64,000 bases of DNA from Lama guanicoe (Eukaryota), in the NCBI GenBank assembly GCA_013239625.1, contig MU053559.1, positions 1,428,001 to 1,492,000 on the forward strand, in the 5' to 3' direction. Below are positions 39,447-52,639 of this stretch, piece by piece. Position 1 is the stretch's first letter. Every line of letters begins with the position of its first letter. The notes beneath the pieces are model-generated. The model made no database searches and was not told the origin of the DNA. It worked only from the letters and a program-made list of their open reading frames with translations. The translations under genes and the position numbers were made by a program.

Positions 39447-39872
39447 CAAGGAGTTATGAAACTTTTTTCTGTAAAGGGCCAGACAGTATACATTTTCTTC
39501 TTTGCAGGTCATTCAGACAGGACTCTGTCTTAACTATTCAACTCTGTCATTACAGCATTAAAAAAAAATCACAGACAATATGTAAACAAATGGACATGGC
39601 TGTGTTTCAATAAAACTTCACTTATGGATAGTGAAATTTGAATTTCATATAATTTTCATATGTCATGAAATATTATTTTTTTATTTTTTTCAACCATTTA
39701 AAAACAGAAAAATCCTGTATACCAGAAATTGACACAACATTGTAAACTGATTATACCTCAATAAAAAAAAATAAAAGAAATAAAAACAGAAAAATCCATT
39801 CTTAGCTTGCGGCTGTATGAAAACAGCTAGTGGGCCAGATTTGGCTGGCAGGCTGCAGTATGCCAATCTCTG
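39447..39872. mobile_element. MER58B-like element carrying a nested 65-bp camelid L1 3' end (39716-39780, +)
   Basis: Similar to 8904-9213; nested L1 flanked by perfect TSD taaaaacagaaaaatcc at 39699-39715 and 39781-39797. Confidence 0.85.
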
Positions 39873-40990
39873 CTCAAACCAAGACTTGATACCTCCCTGA
39901 AGGAATCTAAAACTTCAGACTGTACCTGTTTAAGAAAAAAACTGACATTTCAAACCAGCATCTCACCATAAACTTATGATAAAGTTTCAGCTTGGGAGGA
40001 GGGACAAATTCTGTAAGTGCAGAGCAACGTATTATAGTAGTATAAACAGAACTTGAAAACTAACTTACAGACCTGCAACTTACTAGGTGTGTAAAGCTAT
40101 AAAACTCACTCATTCTCTCTGGGGCTCAATTCTCTCCATTCTAGTCCATTTGCAACAATCTTCCACTTCACTGAAAGGGAGCAGGAGTTACAACAGTAAT
40201 TTACTAAACTAACGTTAAATTCTGTCTGGAATTTACAGCAAGTACTTCTATTTCTACTGTCTGCAAGTCCCTATGAAGCAAAGACACTTTCAAAAGAAGT
40301 CTTTTATCATTATCATTCCAATTTATTCTGGAATCTAGAGCTTACTTATGATATTTTAAATAGCGTGAGCAGTGAAAAACCCCAAACAGAATAAACCCAA
40401 AGAAACCCATGTCCAGACATATTCAAGACAAACTGCTGAACACAAACACAAACGAAAAAACTCTTGAAAGCAGCCAGAGAAAAACACATTACCCTTAAAG
40501 GGGTATAACAATTTGAATGACAGTGGATTTTTTTTTTCTATCAGAAACCATCGAGGTCAGAAGGAAATGGCACATGTTTGAACTGTGGGGAAAAAAGAAC
40601 TGTCAACACATAATTCTATATCCAGCAAAAAGTCCTTCAGGAATGAGAATTTATATCCAGTAACCTGCTCTAAAAGAACTGCTAACAGTAAGTTCTTCAG
40701 AAAGTTGGGAAATTACAGTAGAAAGAAATTCAGAACATTAGGAATGAACGAACAGCAACATAAATGGTAAAATCTAGGTAAATATGGTAGACTATTCTTC
40801 CCTCAAATTATTTAAAATATGTTTGGCAACTGACAGCAAAAATGATAAGAATGTGTGAAGGGATTTTCAATATGTGTAAACGAAATATATAAGACAAATA
40901 AAACATAATGGGGAGAGGGTAAAGGGACCTACATGCTGTAAGGTTTCTGCCTTTCTATTGAAGTGGTAAAGTATTGATTCTAAGGAGACT

Positions 40991-41058
40991 GTGGTAGAGA
41001 GCGTGCTTAGCATGCACGAGGCCCTGGGTTCAATCCCCAGTACCTCCATTAAAAAAAA
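40991..41058 (+). mobile_element. 5'-truncated Vic-1-like SINE
   Basis: gtggtagagagcgtgcttagcatgcacgaggccctgggttcaatccccagtacctcca plus poly(A). Confidence 0.85.
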
Positions 41059-42235
41059 CCTCCTCAGTAGGCTGTGCAAAGCTAAATATGTATATTATAA
41101 TCCCTAGAGCAACCACAAAAGGTGTGCAAAGAGATAAACTCAAAGCCATAGATGAAATAAAATGAAGTGCTAAAAAGAATGTTCAAATAACCCAAAAGGC
41201 AGGAAAGTAGAAAAAAAGAGGAAATAATAGCAGAGGTAACACAAAGAGAAGAAATAATAAAATGGTAGGCCTAAACCAAGCATATCAATAACTACATTAA
41301 GTGTAATGGTCTGAACATACAATGAAAAGACAGAGATTGTCAGAACAGATTTAAAACTCATGACCCCACTTACTACACAATGTCTATCAGAAAATGACTT
41401 CAAATATAGTAATATAGGCAGATAAAAAATAAAAGATGAAAAAAGCTATGATGCAAACACCGATCAAAAGAAGTAACTCAAAGAAAATTACAAGGATAAA
41501 GAGGGATACAGAGAGATATGACATAATGCTAAAAGGGTTATTAATCCATCCAAAAGACTTAGCAATCCTAAATGTATAAACACCTAACAACAGTGCTTTA
41601 AAATATGTGAAGCAAAAACTGTCTGATCTAAAATTAGCAGCACTCTAAGGCATTAGCCTGCTGTGACTCTCCTTTGCCTGGAAAAGCAGTAAAGCTGTTC
41701 TTTTCTGATTTTCCCCCCAAAATAAAAATCAGAAGTAGAAAAATCCACAATTATAGTTGAAGGTTTCAATATTCTTCTCTGATTAATATATAGAACTAGT
41801 AGACAGAAAACCAGCAAGAATATATAAGAACTGAACACCACTGTCAACCAAGTGGAATTAGCTGACATGTATAGAACATTGCAGAATATATATTCTATCA
41901 ACAAGATATACCACATTCTGAGTCACAAAACAAACCTCAAATATCGAAGAATTGAAATCATAAAGAATACATTCCCTGACCATAAAAGAATTAAAATAGA
42001 AATCAACAACAGAGAGATAAGAGGAAAAGCTCCAAACACTTAGGATGTTAGATAGCATACATCTAAATAATCTATTATTCAAAGAGTAACTTTCAAGGGA
42101 AATTAAAAAATATTTTGAATTAAAGAAAAATGAAAATACAACATAACCCAATTTGTGGGCTCACCTGAAGCATTGCTTAGAGGAAAATTCATAGCAGTAA
42201 ATACCCTTCTAGGGAAAAAACGGTCCCAAATAAAT

Positions 42236-42491
42236 ATACCTGACCCTCGAACAATGGAGGGGTCAGGGGTGCCAAACCTCCGTGCAGTCGAAAATCTGCG
42301 TCTGACTTATTGTTGGCCTTCCCTATCCATGGTTCCTCTAAAACCTCAGTTCCTCTGTATCTGCAGTTCCACATTCATGGATTCAACCAACCACGTGGAT
42401 GGTGTAGTACTATAGCACTTACTATCGAAAAAAATCTGCATATAAATGGACTCACGGAGTTCAAACTCCTGCTGTTCAAGGGTCAACTGTA
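42236..42491. mobile_element. MER8/Tigger2-derived MITE nested in L1
   Basis: Inverted ends tgaccctcgaaca / tgttcaagggtcaactgta; gtgcagtcgaaaatctgcgt. Confidence 0.8.
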
Positions 42492-45400
42492 ATCTACACT
42501 TCCACCTTAGGAAACTAGAAAAAGAGCAAAATAAATCCAAAGCAAGCAGAAAAGGGAAATACAAAGCAGAAATCAAGCTGAAAACAGAAAAATAATAGAC
42601 AAAAATCAATGAAAACAAAAGCTTATTCTTTGAAAAGATTAATAAAACTGATGAACCTCTAGCAAAACTGAGAAAGAAAAAAAAAAGAGAGAACACTCGA
42701 ATTACCAATATCAGGTATGAAAGAGGAGATTATCACTATAGACCCCACAGGCATTAAAAGAATAAGGGGATACTACCATGAATAACTCCATGCACATAAG
42801 TTAGACAACTTACATGGACAGACTGCTCAAAAACCACAAACTACCAAAACTCACTGAAGATGCAGCTGGTAACCTGAATAATGCCCCCATCTATTAAGAA
42901 GTTAAATTCATAGCTAAAAATCTTTTTTAAAAGAAATGCCCAGGCCCATATGGTTTTGCTGGCAAATTCCAACAAACATTTAAAGAAAAAAAAATAACAC
43001 CAATTCTGCAAGATGTCTTCCAGAAAATAAATAAGAGAATCCTTCCCAACTCATTTTCTAAAGCCCTGGTAGGAAACCCAGACAAATATAATACAAAAAA
43101 GAAAACAACAGACCAATAACCTCATGAATATAGAAGCAGGCATCCCCAGCAAAATATTAGCAAATCTAACAGCAACATATAAAACCCTACAACCAAGTGG
43201 GGTTTATTCCAGAAATGCAAGGCAGGTTCAACGTTCAAAAATCAACATAATCGACATGTTAAGTCTGAAAAAGAAAAACCAAATGATCATATCAGTTGAT
43301 GACAACAAAAGCATTTGTCAAAATTCAAAATGCATTCATAATAGAAACTCTCAGCAGCTAGGAACAGAAGGGAACTTCCTCAACCTGATAAAGAACTTAA
43401 AGATGAAACAAGAAAAAGATATGCTTTCTCACTACTCCTATCAAATATCATATTAGAAGTCTTGGCTTGTGCAATAAGGGACAAAAATTATAGAAAAGGT
43501 ATACAGATTGAAAGAAAGAAATTAAACTATCCCTACTCCTAAACAACATGATTGTTTAGAATATATCAGGCAGTCTATGTACTAATAGCTCAGCAAGGAA
43601 GGACGATATAAGGTCAATACAAAAATCAAGTATATTTCTATATGGTGGCAATAAACAACTAGAAACTGAATCTTTTAAAAATACATCATTTACAATAGCT
43701 CCAAAGAAATGAAGTCTTTAGGTATAAATCTAACAAAACATGTACAAGATCTATATGCTGAAAACTACAAAACACTGATGCTTCCATGAAAAAAAAATCA
43801 AAGAAAATCTAAATAAATGGAGAAATATACTATAATCATGTGGTGGAAGACTCAGCATATTAAAGATGTCAATTCTCCCCAAATTCATCAGATTCATCAT
43901 TATATTTAACCTAATTCCAATAAAAATCCCAGGAGGATTTTTCGTAGACACAGACAAGCTGATTCTAAAATTTATAAAGAACAGCAAAAGATCTAGAATA
44001 GCTAAAAAAAATTTTAAAGAAGAATAAAGTTGGAGAAACCACACTAATTGATTCTAAGGCATACTATAAAGCTATAGTAATCAAGACAGTGATATTGATG
44101 AAGTGATAAAAACAGAACAATGGAGCAGGAGAGAGAGTCCAGATATTGACCTACATAAAGACAGACAACTGATTTTTGACAAAGATGCAAAAGCAATTTA
44201 AAGGAGGAAGGATAGTCTTTTGAACAAATGGTGCAGGAACAATTAGACACCCATACGTAAAAAAACAGATCTCCACCTAAACTTCACATCATATACAAAG
44301 ATTAACTCAAGACAGTCATAGATCTAAATGTAAAATATATACCTACAAAACTTTTAGAAGAATATATAGGAGAAAATATCCTAGGGTTAATAAGAGTTCT
44401 TAGACATCAGTTCTTTTAAAAAAATGACACATTGGACTTCATCAAAATCAAAATCTTGCTTGGTAAAGGACACTAAGAGAATGAAAAGTGAAGCCACAGA
44501 TGTAGAGAAAATATCTGCTGATAAATGACATAACCAACAAAGGACTTTTATCCAGAATGTTGTAAAAAAAATTTTAAAAAAACCTCTCGAAACACAATAG
44601 CAAGAAAACAAACTACCAAATTTTAAAATGAGCAAAATACTTGAATACTCCTCTCAATAAATACTTGAGCAAAATAGTCCTCCCTGATGGGTTCAATAAA
44701 AATCATGAATCTGAATTCAGCTTGGCTAAATTGTAAGGGTGAGAGCAACACTACTTCCAGCTCCTACATCCCAAGGCAGAAGCTGGCCCAAACTGATTAC
44801 TTAAAAAAAAAACATTTTATTGTGAAATATTACAGAGTTTTAAAAAATAATCACCAGGGGGAAAGTAGGTTGAAAAAATTTCCCCTACTCCTGTTCCATA
44901 TCCTCAACCCACTTCACGCCCTCCTCCCTGTTGTTTTAGAATTTTGGTTCAGACTTCCTCGGCAGAGGATCCCCTATGCTGCATGGAAAGCTAGCACTCT
45001 GGTCTTTGTATAAAAGGGCACCATTTCTGGATTATTTCTGAGTTTGAGTTTTCATTTCAAAATACTTGTTTCATACCTCTTTCAATAAAGTTGTCAGGCT
45101 GATTTAGAATGTTTATAAATACCAGTTCATTAGTGAACCATGTTTTAACCTGCCCTTCCTTTTTCTCAGGATGTTTCAAATCTGTATGTATTTAATACTC
45201 AGTGGTCTTATAGATAATTAAGTCTTGTACTTTATTAATGTGAAAGAGATCCACCCTTTTGCTTGACTCCATTTTAAATTTTTTGAGTGCCGACCGGGCA
45301 GACTGCAACCCTCCATTTAGGCTCTGCTCTCCATTTGCATCCCGGATAACTACAAATCAGTGACTGACACTACAAATCAGTAGAGTCTGCTTGGGGCAGG

Positions 45401-47199
45401 GGGCTGAGCAGTGCCTAGTACCTGGAATACACTGAGCATTTGCTGAATTTGTTGATTTGATTATGCTGTTCAGTAGTGTGAAAAGGAAAGTGTTAAAATA
45501 AAACCTGTTAGGGAAAATGAGGCTCTATCACAATGTGCTGTAGTATATTTTGCCAAAGCTATTAGACTTTTGAGGCAGCTGGTAGCTTATCAATTTTTAT
45601 TGCTCCAATATAGTTATTTTATGGCCATTACTAGCAAAAGCGGATCATAGGAATAGTGTCTTGACAGGAAAGAAGGGCCCAGTATGAGTCTGTTTGCTCT
45701 GGATCCCTAAAACAAAGGTTCTTAATGTCATCCCCTTGGCTTTTAGATAGAACAGTAACATGATAAGAAGGAACATTCATTTCTCATTTTGTGAGAGTAG
45801 TTTCAGAATGTCTTTCTGCAGTGTTCTTGAGCACCTGCAGAGGTATTCAGTCTTTTTCCTGAGAAGACCTCTTCAGGTACCACCATGATTACAAAGGTAT
45901 TTCAAGGTGTTGGTACACCATTAAAACCATCAATCGGTAGTAGATTTCAGGGACTTTGTAGAGGATGGGGCATGGTCCACAGACAATGCTGTAGGATGCC
46001 TGAGGTGTCAAAATATAGTTTTAAAAATTAAAAATATGACTCACATACAAATACAGAATGAACACGTCAAAAATTAATTTATTAGTGAGGGAAACAGTAT
46101 GATGTAAGGCTGACTCAAAGAATATTTGAGAGATTCGGTATCTACGCAATGCTGAAAATAAAAATGCTAGACAGAGAGTTACATTAGATAGAAAAGTGAT
46201 TAGTGCCCTACAGGGCAGTTAATCTGTAGTGTTTGGGATTATTTCTTCTACCAAATAGAAATTTTTTCATCTCTGCCAAACAAAAATCTGTAAATTAACG
46301 TGTCACTTCCAAAAGTCTGGACCCTAATCATTAGTGAATAATGAGCCAAACAAAGATGTAATCCCCTAGAGAACTAAATAATCCTTGGGTGGGCCTCTCA
46401 GTCAATGCTCCAGAATGACAATGAAAGGACATTTGCTCACCCTTTTGTATTAAGTTTTAAATAATTTCTATCAACAGAGGACTAATAGTAGTATACCTGA
46501 GTCTCTTTGGAAGTAAAATTAAGGTTCTAAGGGGGGCCCGCACTTAGAGTAGTGTGGTAGTGTTCACATATTTTACTTTACACACACATTCCAAAATAGC
46601 CATTTATTTATCTTTCAAACCAACTATAGGATCTTAAAAGTCTTCTGAGATCCAGTTATCTCCTACAGCAGGAATGCTTTCTTTAGCAGTCTTGATAGCT
46701 GATCATGCAGCATTTGTGTGCAAGAAGGAAGGCAAGTAACATTACTGAGTGCCTATTATGTGCAAATTTATTTGCAATGGGCCAAATTTCTTTTCTCACA
46801 GTAACATGTTACCTATACACTTAGCCACATATATCAGATAGATTTCTTCAGCAAAACTGCTTTGATTATACCTTAATTTAAATTATACACAGTATAACTT
46901 AGCCTTTTTAATGTACAGTCCCAGTTTTGACATATATGTATTGTTGTAATTACCACCACAAACAAGATAGAACAGTTCCAAGCATAATTTCTTTTTAAAT
47001 GTCAATTAATCAGTAAGTATTTATTGACTACTCACGTGTCCAGTAGTTACAGGATAGTCTTTGGAGATAGCAGGAGAATGTGAAAAGGCAGGAAAAGTTA
47101 AAGATATTATGCCTGTATTCAAAGAACTTTCAGTCTAAACCACAAGGTACTGTTTCACACACATGAACCAAGCACAAATAAGCAACTTACTAGGTAATA

Positions 47200-47420
47200 A
47201 TCTGCATGAGATATGGGTTCTGGTATTGATACTGCTATCATGTGACCTTGAATAAGCCAATTATTATTAATAATTATTTAATTATTATTATTTTATTAAT
47301 AATCATTTAATTATTATTAAATATATTTATTTTAATAATAATAATTATTATTATTATTACTTCTCTGGGCCTTCCTTTCCTCGTTCATAAAAGGCAGTCT
47401 CCTAGGCCCTTTCTAATTAC
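47200..47420 (+). mobile_element. MIR interrupted by an AT-only low-complexity tract (47260-47358)
   Basis: atgggttctggtattgatactgc...tgtgaccttgaataagcca[AT tract]acttctctgggccttcctttcctc. Confidence 0.65.
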
Positions 47421-47834
47421 AAGCACATGTGAATCAGGTAGTGAGGGTTCAGAGTGATGGTGGAAGGCTGGGAGGTTGAAAACAGCCTATGGGTTGGCCA
47501 CACAGGGTTAGTGAACAAACAAGGTAAGAAGTGAGGGATGCAGCACAGAGCTGAGAGATGTGACCTGTCATGGGGCTGTGAAAGGAACAAATGGATGGAT
47601 GCTGGTCCAGTGGAGTGAAGAAGAACTGCAAGGTGTCATTCTGGAAGACAGTATTGAGCCCAAGCTTTGAACTGTTTGAGAACCAGGGAGAGACACGAGA
47701 AATGGGAAGCTTGATTGACTAAGTAAAGAGAGGAGTGACACCATGATGGCAGTGATCAACAACAATCTCTTATTGAAAATCTACCATGGCCATGCCCTCT
47801 AGACACCAAGAATACAGCAATACAAACCCTGCCC

Positions 47835-48362
47835 TTTCACTTATTTACTGCTGCATAACAAATCACCCCAAAAACTTTGTGGCTTAAAATAACCATTTTT
47901 TTGCTCACAATTCTGTGGGTCAGCAATTTGGGCTAGAATCAGCTGAGTGGTTCTTCTCCTAGTCTTTCCTAGGGTCCCTTATGCAGTCAGTCACCTGGCA
48001 ATATGACTAGGGCTGAACAGTCTAAGACAGCCTCATTCACATGTCTGATGGTTGGCTGTTGACTGGCCTCTCCACATCATCTCTCTTACTTCACCAGGCT
48101 AGCTGGGGCTTCTTCATATGGTTGCTTCAGGGTTCCCAGGGAGAAGAAGAAAGCTACAAGACTTCTTGAGATCTAGGTCCAAAAGTCACCCAGAGTTACT
48201 CACGCTGCATTTATTGGCCAAAGCAAGTTACAAGAACAGCCCAGACTCAAGGAGTAGAGAACCAGACTCCACCTCCTGATGGGAAGAGCTGTAAAGTACA
48301 CTATCACGTGGTATATATACAGAGATGAAATGACTTTGTAGCCATTAAGCACTACTATCACA
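47835..48362 (-). mobile_element. MaLR solo LTR (MLT1F/H-like)
   Basis: ctgctgcataacaaatcacccaaaa; tctgtgggtcagcaatttgggct; ttattggccaaagcaagttacaag. Confidence 0.8.
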
Positions 48363-49016
48363 CCATCCCATTTGGGAAAATGAGTGTTGAGCACATTTAG
48401 TCCTATGGGCCTTGAGAGATGGAAGGAACCATTGAAGTGAAAAAAATGAGTGGATCCTGAGGAACGCGCAGGATGGAATGAACGCAGAGGAATGTGGAGA
48501 ACTTCAGGCAGAAGGCAGTACAAACAGAGCGGCAGGATGACTCATGGTATGTTTAGACTCTAGTTAATGCACGCTTTGGTGGAGTGGGTAGAGAAGAGGA
48601 TTTAAGACATAAGAGGTAAGGATGGTGGGAAAGGTTATGACTGGGTGTGGGGAACTTTAAGTGCTAGGCTCTCAGGAGTACAGACACTACCTACCATGCA
48701 GTGAGCAAGCAGCCATGGGTACGTGGTAGCCTAGTGGCAGGAGTGGGTATGGCAGTACAGGGAAGGGACCTTTAGAACCTACATCTTTATGCACAGCAGT
48801 TTGGAAGGAAGTTGAGTTGGACCTGGAGTGGCATAGAGATCATGGCAGGAAAGCAGCCTAGAGATGGTTTCCCTAAAGGCAAGTGCCTACATGGATTCTC
48901 CTCAAGGGGCTAAAGGGCATAATTGGAGCTTTTACAGGCAGGCTAATTCAGACGTATAAAAAATGTTTATCTTGGATTTAATTGGTTATCCTAGAAAGAG
49001 CTAAATTTAGGCTCAT

Positions 49017-49036
49017 CACACACACACACACACACA
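49017..49036. repeat. (CA)10 microsatellite
   Basis: Read directly. Confidence 0.95.
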
Positions 49037-50848
49037 TCCCTATATAAGATGCCAGCTTCATGTGAGACAAGTAGGGTATAACTGTTTACAAAGTTTTGCT
49101 TATATTTGAAAAGAAAAAATCTAGTGCTCTTTAACATTATAAGTGGGCAAGGAGTCATGAGGGAAGGCTAGAAACCACGATGTAGCCAGGGAAAAGCTGC
49201 CTGCACTTTGACTATAATGTATACTGCGAAGCCATTCTCTGCCCAGGCAGACTGCACAGTCACACTTTTCACAGGGGGAGCATGGTAAAACATCAGTTTT
49301 CTTTTGACAGTCTACAAAATGTATATTTTCTTTGCCAAACTACTACTTTCCAAAGGACTTATGTGGCCAACAGAACATGTTACGTGTAATTTTTTTTAAC
49401 ACAAAATGAGAATTGAACTTGGTTTGTTAATTAACTAGCAGGCAGCAATTCTCTTTCAAGTGTTTGTGAGAAATAGGATGTAGAGAATTTGAGGGTTTCC
49501 TACCACTATGGCAGTGGCAATCTAGCTGTAAACCTTCAGGTCATGTGTATACAAAATAGGTCACAGGGCAAGATAATATGGTATTAGGTGCCAAAGTGGA
49601 CAGAAAAGGCAGGACTTAATGAGGGAATATGGTGTAGAGGATGACATCCAAATGAGCGGGGTTTGGGGAAGGGGAAAATCTCCTGCTGAGCTAGAATTTG
49701 GAAGAATTCAGAATTGGCCCAGGCAGGACTGACTGGCAGGGCAGAGAGGAAAGGATGATCCAGTTGTAAGGAAAGGCTCCAGGTAAACTTGAGTATTGGA
49801 TTGTTTGTGGTAGTGGGAGAGGGGAGGCAGTGAGGAAGTAGTTCAGAGATGACTTCCCAGACTGTGTGCTTAAGACTCCTTGTTCCACCCAGTTGCCCTG
49901 AAATGCCAGCTGAAGAACTGTCCTCTGCTGATGGATTGTGTCAAATGAAAACATTACAAAACAACCGAACTAATAAACAAGAAAAGAAAGGATATTTAGG
50001 TTCCTCTTTACATATATAGCACTTCATCCACTGTCTAGGAGGTGAATAGCTGGCCCTTTGTGTGTACCCCATAGGAGAGGGAAAAGCTCTCCAGGGAGAA
50101 CACATCTCCTCTGCCATTGTGCTTGCTCAGATTTAGCCAGACCATACTATACAGCAGTTATGCGAGAAAGGGACCTCTGCTGCATTTTCTAATGACATAG
50201 TGTTCTAGGAAGAGATCTGGGTGGGCATGCTGAGTTTTTGCTAATTCTCTCCTCAATGTGCTTCTCAAACCTGGGGGGGTTTCCTGTAAAAAGATGTGTT
50301 TTATTTTAGGATCTGAGAAATCATAGATGGTTCATATCACAGGGGTTCCAAGAAATCATGCGTTATCAGTGTCCTCAACAGTTAGCTTTAAAAAAACGTA
50401 TAAAAATAACATTCAGTGACTATCCAGATAACTTATTTTGTGGGGAGGTACTCAGGTTTATACACTTGAGGAGTGCCTAGCCTTGGGCTTGGTATACAAC
50501 AAGCACTCAAGGAGTGTTAATTGCTTCTGAGCTACTTTTTGAAGTTTCTTTATGAAGTATAGCAATGCACTAAATTTTGCGTGAACATGATTCTTCAATG
50601 TTGGGAGGACAAGTAAAATCATCAAAACTGGGCATCTGGTCCAATCTTTGTATGATAAACTGGACTCCCATCCATCTACGTTCCTAAACTTTCTCATCAC
50701 TGAGGACAACTTTTAAAATTTCGCCCACAGACAACATGCTTTGAAGGCCTGCCTACCAAACACACCACACCTATGGATTACTTAATTTCTCCATTTTAAT
50801 TAACCAAAGGCAAATGTCTCTGACAGGAAAAGGTTCTGTTAAACATGA

Positions 50849-50869
50849 GATGATGATGATGATGATGAT
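50849..50869. repeat. (GAT)7 microsatellite at a MIR end
   Basis: Read directly. Confidence 0.9.
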
Positions 50870-51075
50870 CATAATACATTTGGTATGTCAGATATTGCTC
50901 AGCATTTCATTCTTAATATGCCATTAATTCCACATAATCCCTGTGGTTATTAATAACTTCATTTTACAAATGAGGAGACTGGGGCACAGAGAGGTTAAAT
51001 TCACTCAAGGTTGCATAGCTAATAAGATTCAAAAGCAGGATTTAAATAACTTGGATCTCTGCTACTCTATCCATT
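50870..51075 (-). mobile_element. MIR SINE
   Basis: MIR core cattttacaaatgaggagactggggcacagagaggttaa. Confidence 0.8.
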
Positions 51076-51114
51076 CTAGCATTCAAACTCTAGCTAATTA
51101 GTTTTACCATGAAT

Positions 51115-51630
51115 GGCAGTATAATTCTAGCAATCTCACTCTCAGGTATTTACCCTAGAGAAATGCAAATTTATGTGCACACAAACACTTGTACATGAAT
51201 TTTTATAGCAGTTCTACTTATAATCACCCCAAACTGGAAACAACCCAAACATGGTACATTCACAGAATGGAATACTACTCGATAATAAAAAGGAACAAAC
51301 TACTGATACACACAACTTGGATAAATCTCAAAAGCATTATGCTGAGTGAAAAAAGCAAGACCAAAAAGATTACATACAGTCTGACTCCATTTATGTGATA
51401 TCAAAGTGACAAAACTATAGTGTGACAGAGCACAGATCAATGGCTACCAGAGGTTGGGGTGGGAACAGAGTGTGACTGAAAGAGGTAGCACAAAAGAGTC
51501 TCCTGGGGTGGTGGAGTTGTTTCGTACCTTGATCATTAACAGTGGTTGCACTAATCTATACATGCGTCAAAATTCAAAGATCTATACACAGCCCCCCCCA
51601 AGTCAATTTTACTGTATGATAATTAAAGAA
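51115..51630 (+). mobile_element. L1ME1-like 3' end
   Basis: Peptide TWYIHRMEYYSIIKRNKLLIHTTWINLKSIMLSEKS; ends aagtcaattttactgtatgataatt. Confidence 0.8.
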
Positions 51631-52639
51631 AAAGGCAACAGGTCATCATCTTTTCAGTCAGTACAAATTTCTGTATTTCCCATTTATTCACAGTAGACTT
51701 TTACAGTTCTACCTATCATTAACACTAGCTTTCAGATTTAAAGTTAGAAGAGTTGCATTATAAGAAGCAAAGAACCATTATTAGGCCACACATCCAAATT
51801 GAATGATGACAGTTATCACTCGCAAACATTCCTTAAAAGTTAAGTGAACTTGAGTGCTTATTTCCTTAAAAATAAAAGTATTTCAGTAAATGCATTATAT
51901 GGTATGATATTTGATAGCAATTTGCATAGTAAAACATAAAAAGTAATCAAAATTAACCCTGGAAAGGAAAATGTGATGGAATGAGGATGTCATAGTTAAC
52001 CATGGATCTTTCTACAACTTTTCAGTTTTTACTAGAATGCATTCACGTATCACTAGTATAATTAAAAATAAACAATTTTAAAGAATTTCAAAAATCTTTC
52101 TAGATTGAAATGGAGACGTTTCCCAAGTGGCAATATACTTCCATCCATGGGGTTTCAACTTGCCTTCAGGAAACCTCTGGTTACTCCATTTACCAGGTGA
52201 GGTTTGCATCCTACTCAACACCTAGTGCCTCACTCACAGCACAGTGGGCACTCAACAAATACTAGCTGCACTGAATTGCACCTGGGAATGTGAAGAACAA
52301 AAATGACAACACACGGTCACTAACAAACCCTATAATCTAGACATGCTCTTAATTCTGAATGAGGCAAATTATTACTGAGTGCTAAGGACATGTTTAATAA
52401 TTACAAAGACATACACAGAATTTTGGAAGAGAGCAAGACAAACATACTGCCAGTGGTGTACAAGTTTTTAAAGCCTAAAATAGGGAGAACCCAAACCTGA
52501 ATCAATTACTCCTGGCCCCCTTGCCATAAAACCATAAAATTCAAAAGAGTGAGAAAAAGAAAAATGAGGGGGAAAAAACTAACCTGCGCCGAGTTTCTAT
52601 GGGTCGTGCACTAGACATCTGTGTAGATTAAAACTTATT

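Larger units (their letters stand above)
40365..44650 (+). mobile_element. Long degraded L1 (L1MC/MD-like) covering ORF1 3' part and ORF2, with nested insertions
   Basis: Colinear ORF1, endonuclease (KIYHILSHKTNL...IEII) and RT/C-terminal remnants (ccaggcccatatggttttgctggcaaattc; MNIEAGIPSKILAN). Confidence 0.85.

Noticed and set aside
4118..41058. Three tRNA-like sequences (4118-4237, 27635-27771, 40991-41058)
   Set aside because: They have A/B boxes but also SINE tails, divergence and a TSD; they are SINEs, not tRNA genes.
2163..45372. Short tandem duplications (ttccactttttattaac about 2163-2202; acaggaattagaaat about 34737-34769; actacaaatcagt about 45349-45381)
   Set aside because: Two-copy slippage or repair duplications, common in mammalian DNA; no array or spacer structure.
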